Origin: Podarcis erhardii
Taxonomy: Eukaryota
NCBI GenBank assembly: GCA_964252035.1
Contig: OZ176206.1
DNA length: 64,000 nt
Reading direction: 5' to 3' (one strand)
Shown here piece after piece: positions 47,601 to 60,400 of the stretch (its first letter is position 1; every line of letters begins with the position of its first letter). The notes under the pieces are model-generated. The model ran no database searches, had not been told where the DNA came from, and saw only the letters and a program-made list of their open reading frames with translations. The position numbers were made by a program, and so were the translations under genes.

Positions 47601-50600
47601 GGTGAGGGGAAAGCGTTTTCCCCAAGCCTAATTTCAAGAGGGGGAAATGATCATCATAGAGATTGCAGTTAGTGCTTCCCTGCCCAGCAGCTACAATTCC
47701 CACAAAGAGCCACACAGCAATTAGACTTGAAAACAACCTTCCATTGGCATTCAGAGGAGGCTGTTTTCAAGCTCCTGAATGTCATGCAGCAGGTTTGGGG
47801 TGGGGGAAAAGATCATGGGGGAATGGGGAGCAGAGGATTAACCCTCCCATCCCCAGCTGCAACCTGCCAGATCAAGAAACTTCCTCTGTGGGAGCAATTA
47901 AATCTTGAAAAATCTGAGTGATTTTGAGAGTGTGTCTCATAGTGCATGGAAAGGGAAGTGTTAACTTCTCTGTTCCTCAGCTGCAGTTCCACACTGCTCT
48001 CTGGCTTGGGGGGAAAAAAAAAAGCCTCTAATTGGCTCAAATTGCTAATTGCTGCAGGCGGCAAAGAAAGGGATTCTCTGAGTTGGATGAAGAGGCTCCT
48101 GGGGCCATAGCTGGCCTGCAGGCTGCTGGACTTAAAGAAGCAGGAAGTGCCATCTCATTTGGGGAGCCTTTCATCTTAGGAAAGTAACCTAGAATAGCAG
48201 TGTGTTTTCCCATTCTGCTGAAAACCAGAATAAATGGATCCTTCCTACTGTTTCTAGAACTTTGCAGGAAGCTGTGGTGGGCCTCTGCGATTGCATCACA
48301 ACTGAGCACACTGATACCAGTGGCAGTCTGTTTTAAGTGGTTTTTAATATTGTGTTCTAAATCTGTAAGCTGCCTTGGGACCTTAGGTTGGAGGGTGGGT
48401 AATTTAAGAATAAAATAAAATTATTACTAACACTAGGCAGCCCTGCGTCCTATAGATAGGCATCCCTTTGCAGACGACATCCAAGGCCCATGGGCAAAAG
48501 TTGGCAGGCTGACTCACAGTGCAGTGTCAGTAGCAGGGCAAGGAGGCATGATCCCACTGTCTGCTCCCTGCTTTTAATGATACTGTTTTCATTCATTTTA
48601 GCCATTTTCTCTCTAAAAAAAGGGGATACTGCTTAGAAATTCTAGCGATTAAGCAGCATATAAATTAGCTCAAATAAAATTTAAAAATACCCTCCACACA
48701 TTAGCCCTGTGTATGGAAGAAAGTCTTGAGTGTTAAAGCTATTCTGTCTGCTCTTTCCCAGGATACTCCATTTCATTTCCACCTCCCCCAATAGAAGTGC
48801 AGCATTCAGTGGCTGTTGAGCACAGTCAGTCCACACTGGACTGTTTTGGGTCCTCCTCCCACCTCCACTGCTTAGGCCGTTCCCCCCACTAAAGGTTTTC
48901 CATACTGCCAGTCTTGGGGGTACCTCAAGCCTGCTGATGCCTCCCTCTTGTGCATGGATGGTCCTGTTTTGGCTACATGGAAAGGGCACTGGGAGAATGA
49001 GTTTCCTGTTAGTATATTAGTGGGGATGGGGAGCCCTTTCCAGTCCCAGAACTGCATTCCCTTCAAGGCATCATTCTGGACGCCACATACCAGTGGTGGG
49101 TGGGGCCAGAGGCAAAAGTGGGTGGAGCAATGCCTGTAAATTTTATCTTTATACAGAAGGCAGCTTCTACATGTACACAAACACCAGTCTCTGTTCTCCA
49201 CCCAGATAAGCGGGAGGCGTGATCAGAGAGCAAGGACGGCTTTTCAGTCAGGCAAAAACATGTGCGCTGTGGTGAGGGGCATGACCTGGGGAGTGTTTTG
49301 AGGCCTTGAGGGCTGCATTTGGCCCCCAGAATCCCCACTTCTGATATATATAGCACTGGCCCTGGGTAAATTTGCCTTTCCCTCTTGGGGTAAGCCAAGG
49401 GGCGCTATCCTTTCCTTCTTGTTTTCTCCAGCGGCTACTTTCGGGAGATGATCCGAAGGGACATCCGCAGGGCTCGCGAAAGGTACAGCGGGGAGCAGCT
49501 GAGCCGTGAGCTGACCAGTATCCAGCAGCGACTGGACAGCGTTGAATGCCTCAGCCTTGATATTGTCATGAACTTTATTCTGTCCTACCGTGACGCACAG
49601 GTGAGCTGATCCACGGGGCCCCTCAACTCTCGTGACGTGGCCAGTTAATGCACATGAATGCAGCCCAAATGCCAGCAGCAGCAGCAAGCAGAATGTTTTG
49701 ATGACTGTTCCCCAGGGCAGATGTGACCCCCTGCCAACCCAGTTTTGCATTGCAGCGGTCAACTCCAGCAATGCGCATCAGTGCCATGCAGGCATTCAAC
49801 ACCCATGGATAGATGCCCCACCACTGAGCACTTGAACATCGCCCCCCTTACACATCCTGGTCTGTGGTGTTTCATGGCAGGTTCCTAGAGTAGGAGCCAT
49901 GTGTATTTGGAGCTGAACTGAGTTTGGGTTTAGTTGAAGGCTGTGTGTGCGTGCCTGCCTATTGCGGCTTCACTTTATGTCTTCTGCAGGATTGTAATGG
50001 CATCATCACCCTAGTGGAGACCTTACAGGCCCTGCCGACTTGCAATGTCGCTGAGCAGCACAACATCTGCTTTCACTATGCCTTTGCCCTTGACAGGTGA
50101 GGAACATTGTCAGGTAAGGATGGGCCTCTATTCTCAGCCCTGTTAGGCCTCCCTACCCTCTGTTTCCCTGATGCACATGGACATTGGTACACTTAAGAGG
50201 TGTCTTCTGGCAATGGGAGCTCTGAAGTGGAGATGGATCCCCACTCCCTGGTCTATCCCATGGGTGTCTGTAGACACCAGAGCTTTCCCTGAGTCCTGAG
50301 GACACACCTCTGCCAATGGACTCTCATGGCTGGTTTGCAGACTCCTCAGCGAATCCAGAGGGCATGGAGGAGGGATCTCCACAGCTGGAGCACCCATTAT
50401 CTTGATGGGACCAATGGATGTAGCAGAAGGCATTGGCCCTTTAAGTACCCAGAAGGCAGCACCCAGTGGGCAGGATCTCTAGTCAATGACTATGCTGAGA
50501 CAACCTGGATGTTTGGCCTCTGCGGCATGGTGCTAAACCCACACCTTGGACTCTCTCCAAAGTCTCTGTGCCTTTGTAACCAGGAAATTCTGATCTCTCC

Positions 50601-51420
50601 TTTCTTGGGCCATCAGCCCTCCTCGGTGATGGCATCCCTGTGGATCCCGACACTAACACAGTAGCAGATGGGCAGAGCTGGTGTTCTTCCTGCACTGTGG
50701 CTGCTCTTGCCCCACGATGCTTCTGATGCTACGTGTGTGACTCTGTGTGATATGCATTTGCAGGCGGAACCAGCCTGGCGATCGGGAGAAGGCTCTCTCT
50801 GTTATCCTGCCCCTGGTGGAGAAGCCTGAACGGGCAGCACCTGACCTGTACTGCATGTGCGGCCGCATCTATAAGGACATGTTCATTGATTCTGGCTTCA
50901 CTGATGCCGAAAAGAGAGACCAGGCCTTTTACTGGTGAGGAATGGAAAGGGATCTTTGCTGAACTTGCACTTCTGCTTTAAATTATGGCTGCAGGCGTGG
51001 AAATCTCTTTGAAATGCTCATTGCTTGTGGGATGGCTTGGTGGTGGTAGGGTGGCCAGGTGAAACTCCTACTTCTAGACATGATTGAAGGTGCAAGCAAC
51101 CTGTCCTCTCTTTTTTTCACCCATTTGGCTTATTTGCTGGGTCTGAATTGCAGCCTTCCTAGTTAGTTTTCAGGTCTGATATTTCCTTGTGCTTCTGATT
51201 CCTCAGGTATCACAAGGCCTTTTTAACAGACCCGAGCCTCCATGCTGGGATTAACTCCGTTGTCTTCCTCATCGCTGCTGGACACAAGTTCGAAACCTCC
51301 ATGCAACTTCGGCAGTTAGGTGCGGGGCTGCTTGTTCCCATCTGCGTCTCGTAAGGGTAGCTGGATGTGTGAATCATCATTCTGATCTAAAACCAAGATA
51401 TTGACAGTGTTCTTTATTAT

Positions 51421-51458
<38 letters not shown>

Positions 51459-54400
51459 AACACAAAATCTGGTTGATTCATTTCCAAGCGATAGTGTTAA
51501 GTGCCCAATTCAATGAACGTTTTGTGATAGGGAAATATTGGCTGGGTGGTGGGTGGGATCTTATGAAAGGAGCAATTATCGCCCCATCTGCACCATATAT
51601 TTAATGCAGTTATCATACTACTTTAAACAGTGGTGGCTTCTCCAAAAACAAAATCCTGGGAGCTGTCGTTTGTTAAGGGTGCTGAGAGGTGTTAGGAGTG
51701 CCCTGTTTCCCTCACAGAGCTACCATTCCCAGAGTGGTTAAACAACCAATCCCTGCTCCCAGGGAACTCTGGGAATTGTCGCTCCATGTGGGGAGTAGTG
51801 GTTTCCTAGCACCTCTCAGCACCCTTAAACCGCAGTTCCCAGAGTGCTTTGTGGGAAGCTGTGACTGTTCAAAGTGGCAAGATGCTTTCAGGGCCCCTTT
51901 CCCTCTGCCTCTTCTCCCTGCTGAAATGAGGCTTGAAAAATGTGTTATGTTGTAGCAAATAGAATGGTAACCCCCAGTTTAGCCAGAACGTCGTGACCAT
52001 TTTGAAAATTCCCTTCAGAAATCCCTGCCACTGCCCTCCCCCGCCCCCTGCCCCTGAAACATACCTGCTGCATTTTAGAAAAATCTTCCTTGCTTCTGGT
52101 CCTTCCTTCCTTAGGTATGAAGGTGAGCTGTGTCCTGGGCAGGAAGGGATGCTTGGAAAAGATGCAACATTACTGGGATGTGGGTTTTTACCTGGGCGCC
52201 AGTATCCTGACCGGCGACTTTGACAAAATCATCCAGGCCTCGGAGAAACTTTACAAGCTCAACGCTCCAATTTGGTGCGTGGTGGGAACTTTGTGTCCTC
52301 ATGGGAACGGGGTAGGGGTGGGGGGCAAGGAAGACTAACTAGCTGACAACCCATTGAGATGAACTGGAGTTGTGAGTGCCGAAGGAGGTGCTGGGAGAGG
52401 GCAGGTTTCTGAAGAGGAAGTGATTTCCTCCTTGTTCAGTGTGGTGGGACAACAGATTTTGAACCTCTGCTCAGCCATGGAGCTCACTGGCTTACCTTGG
52501 ACCAGTCAGGGTTGTTGTGGCGATTAAATGAGGAGGGGAAGAACCATGTACACTGCCTTGACTGAAAAGGTAGTCTATAAATGGAGGAAATAATAATAAT
52601 ATGTGACGCAGACCACTTGCATTGGATAGAAACTTTAACTTACTTCACCCTTTGCAGACTGTGTGGGTCTGTTTGAAGTGTGTGCTTCTTTCTCTTTTTT
52701 AACTCTGTTCTCTTCTGCCCCCTGCCCAATTATTGGTTCAGGTTCTTGACATCTATCAAGGAGACTTATGTAATCTATAGTCATTTCAACACTGCCCCCG
52801 ACACCTGGTCACCTAAACAGGAGCTGGTTGATTTCTGGCTGGGCTTCTTGATGGATTCCTGCCAGCCCTTTGTCTCCACAGAGGAGTGTCTGGTAAGGAG
52901 GCAATGAACGTTGGTGCTTTGGCAAAACCTCTACTGAACTACCAGCTTTTCCTCCTGCCTGCTCCTTTGCTACACTACTGTGGCATCTGTTGTTTTCCAT
53001 CCTACTAGAGGCAGTAGCAGCAAAACAAAGTGGTTCTGGGGGTGGCAGAGCACTCCGGTGGTAAAACGGACTTTGCCATTTCAAACTGTGGCTTAGAAAT
53101 TGAGCACATCTGGATGATGAGGTGTGAGCTAGCATAACTAATATGCTAGTTCTTTGTTTATGGGGGTGTGTGTTCTGTTTCATTTTTGTATGGGGTAGCC
53201 CAACCTGCTGTCTGAAGTGGCATAGTCCAGTCTGCATAAAAGTTCATATACATGGCATCAAACCATTTCCCCCACGATTTTCTGTTCTGCAACTCTCCAA
53301 GGTCTTAGAGGGTTTTCCAGCCCTTTTGCCTGAGATCTTGATTGCTTCTAAGATAGTGACTTAACATTGTAAACAAGTCATTCAGAAATTGCAAGCTGCC
53401 CATCAGCAAGAGGCTTTTTTAATTTATCCAATTTTGCCCAGAAAGTTTGAATCTGGATTAAATGGCATTTTGATGGCCATATCAATGCTGTGACCTTAAG
53501 CATGCAAAACTTTGCCTTGCTCATCTGTCAGTTTCAGCAGAGTTGCAGAATGAGATTCTTAGGAAATTTCCTCTTCTGTCCTAGCAAAGCCTTTCTTGCC
53601 TAAGGTGCTCTTTCATATTTCCTCCCTTAAGCTATATAAAATTCAGGGCAAGCTTTGCATAGCTGGGTTGGAGAGAGGACTGGACAGTCTCTCTCTCCCC
53701 CCCCCCTCGCTGTTTGTGTGAAATTCATGTGCTGACAGATTTGCGGGGCAAGAGAAAATTGTGCAGATGCTTCTCTCTCCCTTTAAATCCCCTCTACAAA
53801 TCATCTCCTTGGGAGAAGCCTTTGGGATAACTCCTAGTTCTTACCTCTAGGTGAAACAAAGCCAAATTATCTATTTCTGCTCAAATTTGTGAACTTTAGT
53901 CACTCCCAACCCTTCCTTTTCTCGTCTCCCTCCATTGTGGAAATTTGGGTTGTAGTTTCCTTGAGACAGGGGCCTGTTTACCTTGCAGATTGGTGGCTTG
54001 CAAAACATCGCAGGTTGATTTTTTGCCGTGCAAAAACTGGTCCTGGAGCAACACCAATGCAGCCCTCTCAGCTTGCACCAAGAAACTCTGGAACATACCG
54101 AGCTACCTTTCTCAAGCCATTTTTCCTCTGCAGTCAGTTATAATCTTGACACACAACAGGCTGCATACACACCATACATTTGCAGCGCATTTTTCTCCCA
54201 AAGTTCTGGGAACTGTAGTTCACCCCTCACTGAGCTATAATTCCCAGCAACCTTCGCAAACTGCAGCTCCCATGATTCTTGGCAGGGTGGAGAGATGTGC
54301 TGGAAATGTATAGTATGTATGAACACAAACACACACACCTTTTCCTCCTGGCCTCCAGTTGTCGCCCCAGGCATCACATCTGAGAATATCATCACTATAT

Positions 54401-57400
54401 CCCATAAGTTGAAACAGTCAATTAGCTGTGCTCACACCTGACCACAGGACTGAGTCAGCCTTGGCTGCCCTGATGAACCAGCACTGTTACAGGTACCACA
54501 TAATACTCATTCCACATTTGTAGGGAAGCACCCAGATTTTGGAACTTCCTTTTTTTTGTTGTTAAACATATTTATTAAGTTTTTTATACACATACAGCAG
54601 AACCAAAGAAAAAAGACAACATACAGAAAAAATAAAATTAACAATAATAAAAAGAGGTAAAAACTCCCACTTTTAAATTCATACTTGAGTAACTTTCTTT
54701 CCTGACTTCCTCACGCCTCCCTTTTTTGTGTTCCTCTTTACCCAATCAAATACAGCAAATTCTAACCCTCTTTCAGAAATCATTTCTAATTATTAAAATC
54801 GCTCTATTATATCTCCAATCTTTCCTCCTTATGTTTAAATACCTTTAACATATTATTTACCTTTGACATAATAAAACTTTCGTCATTCACCTTTTTTCTA
54901 TTACATTTTTGCATGTTTTTTCCACACTGTATCACTAATGCCATATTATTTTCATATCCAACATCCTTTTAGCATTCATAAACTTTGCAGTATTTCTGCA
55001 GATAGTTCTTAAACTTCTTCCAATTCTCTTCCACCACTTCTTCTCCCAGGTCTCGGATTCTGCCAGTCATTTCTGCCAATTCCATGTAGTCTATTACTTG
55101 CATCTGCCATTCTTCCAAGGTGGGCAAATCTTGTGTCTTCCAGTACTTTGCGATGAGTATTCTTGCTGCTGTTGTCGCATACATAAAAAACGTTCTATCT
55201 TTCTTTAACACCAATTGGCCGACTATGCCCAAGAGAAAGGCCTCTGGTTTCTTAAGGAAGGTATATTTAAATAGTTCATTATATATCATCTCCCAGAAAG
55301 CCTTAATCTTCGGGCACGTCCACCAAAGGTGAAAGAATGTACCCTCAGTTTCTTTACATTTCCAACATTTGTTATCAGGCAGGTGATAAATTTTAGCAAG
55401 CTTGACTGGAGTCATGTACCACCTATAAATCATTTTCATAATATTCTCTCTTAGGACATTACATGCCGTAAATTTCATACTGGTGGTCCACAACTTTTCC
55501 CAGTCAGCAAACAAAATGTTATGACCTATGTCCTGTGCCCATTTAATCATGGCTGATTTAACCGTTTCATCCTGAGTGTTCCATTTCAACAGCAAGTTAT
55601 ACATTCTTGAAAGAATCTTAGTTTTAGGTTCTAACAGTTCTGTCTCCGGTTTCGATTTTTCCACCTGGAAGCCCAATTTCTTATCCAAATTATAGGTCTC
55701 TCTTATTTGATAATAGTGAAGCCAATCTCGCACTTTATCTTTTAATTTCTCAAAACTCTGTAAATTCATTTTGTCTCCTTCCTGTTCTAATATCTCCCAA
55801 TACTTCGGCCATTTGGCCTCCATATTGAGTCTTTTCAGAGCCTTTGCTTCCATGGGTGACAACCACCTTGGGGTCTTATTCTCCAATAAATCTTTGTACC
55901 TAATCCAGACATTAAACAATGCTTTCCTGACAATATGGTGTTTGAAGTTTCTGTGCACTTTAACCTTGTCGTACCACAAATATGCATGCCATCCAAAAGC
56001 GTTGTTAAAGCCTTCCAAATCCAAAATGTCAGTGTTCTCAAGAAGTAGCCAATCTTTCAACCAGCAGAATGCTGCTGATTCATAATAAAGTTTAAAGTCC
56101 GGCAGGGCAAACCCCCCTCTTTCCTTCGCATCAGTTAATATTTTAAATTTTATTCTGGGCTTTTTGCCCTGCCAGGCAAATCTAGAGATTTCTCTCTGCC
56201 ACTTCTTGAAACAATCCATCTTGTCCACAATCTGTAAAGTTTGAAACAAAAATAACATCTTTGGCAATACATTCATCTTTATAACTGCGATTCGACCCAA
56301 CAAGGAAAGCTTCAAATTAGACCATATTTCTAAGTCTTTTTTAACTTCTGACCAACATTTCTCATAATTGTCCTTAAATAAATTCAAGTTTTTAGCTGTC
56401 ATATTAATCCCCAGATATTTCAACTTCTTCACTAAGGTCAAACCAGTCTCCTTCTGAAACCTTTCTTTTTCAGTCTGAGTTAAATTTTTCTCTAAAACCT
56501 TCGTTTTTAACTTGTTCAATTTAAATCCTGCCACCTGACCAAATTCTTGAATCAGTTCTAGTACCCTTTCCGTACTAGATTCTGGCTCCTGTAATGTCAA
56601 AACTAGGTCATCTGCAAAAGCCTTCAATTTATATTGTTTGGCTCCGACCTGAATTCCTTTGATCAGACGGTCCCTTCTAATCATGTTCAGCAATACCTCC
56701 AGGACCGAAATAAATAATAGTGGAGAGATAGGGCAGCCCTGTCGTGTTCCTTTTTCTATCTTAAATTCTTCAGTCACCACATTATTAACTATCAATTTAG
56801 CTCTTTGTTCTGAATAAATTGCACTTATACCATTCTAAAACCCTTGTCCCACCCCCATTCCCTTAAGATTTTTCTTCATAAAATTCCAAGATATGGATTT
56901 TGGAACTTCCTCCCATCAGGCAGGCACCTTCACTGCGCTCATTTTGGTGACGGTTCTGCAGATCAAAGCAGTCAAATGGGCACATGTGGGGTTAAGGTGA
57001 TCCTGCAGGTAGACTGGTCTCAAGCCATTGAGGGCCTCATATACTAATAATAACACCTGGAGCCTGGTCCCGTAGCAAATGAGCAAGCAGCGCAGATCAA
57101 AGGACAACTAGCAGAGAGGTTATGTGTGCAGTCTTCTCTTAGTTAAGTGTATGCTCACTACGACATATGTCAGCCACTTTTAGATTTTTGCTGAAATAAG
57201 AAGCGGCATGTAAGTTAACTAGCAATCTAACTCACCACCTGTTCCAACAGGTCTTGATTCTGGAGTTGGGCAGAGTGTTGCAGCCATCTCAGCTCAGTGT
57301 CTGCAGTCAAGAAGGGCAAAAATCAGTGACGCTGAGCCACATTGGCTCTCCAGAAGAGGTATGTGGCCTGGGTCAGTTTCTTTTTCTGATTTTAATATTT

Positions 57401-60400
57401 TTAATTTATTACCCGCCCTTCACCCTAAGGTTGCAAAACAAGTTACAACAATTTAAAATAGAACTTTTTAAAAACCCTTATAATTACAAAAAAATACAAA
57501 CACAAAATATCTAATAAAAAGTAACAAAAGTTCATGTAATTACTTTCATTCTATTTAGATTTCCAGTCTTTATGCATTATAAATCTTCATGGCTGTTTAT
57601 CCCTCTGGGTGTGTGTCTCAATTTCCTGTGTTTCCCCACTCAGGGTATTTGTATGTTTCTTTCAACTTTTGGGTCTCTTTACAGGAAGGGATTTCCAAGT
57701 GGACATTCCCAACTTCTTCCATCCGTGGAATCAGGTGATGATTATTTTTTTTATATAAAACAAATAGTTTGAATTCCTTGTCTTTAAGGCTAGGCTAGTG
57801 CTTAAGATAAGAATCAGCCTTTATACCAGGTCAGAGAAATAAGCCACATTGGTTAGTATTGGCTACACTAACGAACAGTAACTCGCTGTGGTTTCAAGGC
57901 CTTTCCCAGTCCTTCCTTGAGATACATCACTGACTTACGGTTCTTCCCCTAAAAAAAAAAAGGAAGCTCTAGTTCTCAAGACCCTGAAATAAAGGGCTGA
58001 TTTAAATAGGAACATAGGACACTGTCAAGAAAGACCATTGGTGCATTTAGCACACTATTGCCTATACCTGGGGTATGCATCATGGTGCCTTCCATGGTGG
58101 ACTCCAGTTCCCATCACCTCCAGCCAGCATGGTCCATGGTCAGGAATGATGGGAGCTGTAGTTCAGTAACATCTGGAGGGCACCGCATTGGCTACTCCTA
58201 GTGCACTGGGTGGCTGAAGATTTCAGGCAGAAGTCTTCCCCAGCCCTCCTGAGAGACACCGGAGATTAACCCACAAGAATTGGCATGCAAAGCCAATAGA
58301 CTGTTGACGTACAGCCCCTCCCCTGAGAAAACAGAGCTAGCCAGGTGGCACTCGCAGTAGAGAGCACTGGGCAGAGAGGGCACATGAGAAGCTGCCTTTT
58401 TACGAAATCACAGTATACATTTTTGTGCATTTTCTGTAAAAAGAAAATGCACTGCAAAATTTGGAGAAGTGTGTAATTTGACTGAGAGAAATGCAGGGAG
58501 CTGCCTTATATGGAGTCAGCCCCTGGCTCCATCCAGTTCTGTGTTGTCTACACTGACTGGCAGAAGCACTCCAGAGTTTCAGGTACAAATCTTTCCCAGC
58601 CCTACCTGGAGATGTCAGGGATTGAACTTGGGACCTTCTGCATTCCAAGCATCTGTCTTAGTCACAGCCCACCCTCAAGATTAAGTGCATTCCAATCTAC
58701 ACTGAAGTCTGGGATTGGTGAGTTAGATCAGTTTGTCCTTAAAATGCAGTCGGAACACATTTTTCTTCCACTGCAGCTCACGTGTCAATGCTCCTCCATG
58801 CAAATATAAATAAATAAAACATCATCGCACCTAGAAAGCTAGCATCTCAAGGAGAATGGGGTCTGGTAAGCCCCTGAGGCTGATGCAAGCAACTTGCGGT
58901 GGTGGGACGCAGAGAGAGGCAGGTTTTAAAGCAAGACACAGGCTTGCGCTGATAAGGAAAGGAGACTTGCTGAAGTCCTCCTTCCACTCCCATCTTTTTT
59001 TCTTGCCAGTATCTCCAAGTGCGATGAGCGGTGCTGCTTCCTCTACGTGCTGCACACAGCGGAAGACTTCCAGCTGTACTTCCCTACCCAGTACCATTGC
59101 CGCTGGTGAGTGGGGAGACATGAATGGGTAGCAGAGGGGCAACCCACAACATTTGGAAGAGGGACAATTGAAAACAACCACAACCCAACCACATTCCCCA
59201 CTCGGGGGAAGGGAGTGTCTCCTGCAGGATGCTGCTCTGGACAGAGTGTTTCCCAGGGGTTATATTGCAGACTCAAGAAACAGGGTACCATTGATGCCCT
59301 TTCTTCTTCATCATGTGCGACCATGGAGACACATGATGTTTGGATCTCCACTGCCTGCTTGCCATGCCTGCAGCTGCGGTGTGGGTTCTGAAAACGTGTT
59401 CGTAAAAATTAAAGTCAACGAGGGTCAGGGAAGGCAAAGTAAATAAAAAGGAGTTCGGATTCTCAAATCTGATTTCTACCCCCTCAGCTCTTAAAGAAAT
59501 TGAATTGGAGGTAAACCCTGTTGATGCTCAGAGGGAAGTAATTTTAAACTTGTAATCGCCACCTTCCCTCGCATGCCCAAACATGAAAACTGCTGGCTCA
59601 AGGTGTGGAGTTTAAGAGTGTCAGCATGAATATATGGCTGCAAGTATAGTTTCACATCCACAGAGTTTGCATGGAATAAGGAAATGAAAATCTGAAGCAC
59701 CAGATTTCCTATTCCTGTTCTAACTTTCAAGGTTTTATTTTTATTTTCCCTTTTTTTAGAGTTGAGCCAAACTGCCCCTCCCCCACTTTACTACTCAATT
59801 TGCAGGTGACAAAATGGGTGGGTGGAGAATTCATTTCAGCTGAAATGGTGATGGGCAACTCTGTTTTTACAGCTCTGTCTGGCAACTGCTGGCTGTCATT
59901 TCCCCCCCTCCCTAACCCCCCCTGGAATGATGTTTTACTATCACAGTGGTACCTCGGGTTACAAACACTTCAGGTTACAAACTCCGCTAACCTGGAAGTA
60001 GTACCTCGGGTTGAGAACTTTGCCCCAGGATGAGAACGGAAATTGTGCGCCGGTGGCGGGAGGCCCCATTAGTGGAAGCGCACCTCAGGTTAAGAATGGT
60101 TTCGGGTTAAGAACAGACCCTCAGAACAAATTAAGTTCATAACCCGAGGTACCACTGTACATAGCGTTTCTCCCAGAGCTTTGCACAAACAAATAAATTA
60201 AAATAGTAACGGTAGCTGCTAGAAGGATCTCTGGAGATAGAGAGTGTGCTTCCACTCACCCGCCCCATCCTCTGAAATATCCTGAGTGATTTGGGGCCCC
60301 TTTCCCCCTCTCCTTCCAAATTCAAGCTGCAATAACTTCGGGTTTAGTTCTTAGTCCCCTCTCCCTTCTCCGTTTGCATAATTCTTCCAGATTTTCAACC

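Noticed and set aside
52303-52325. Canonical four-tract G-quadruplex motif 29 nt after the exon 9 donor
   Set aside because: Intronic G-runs near donors are common in vertebrates; nothing specific supports a special role.
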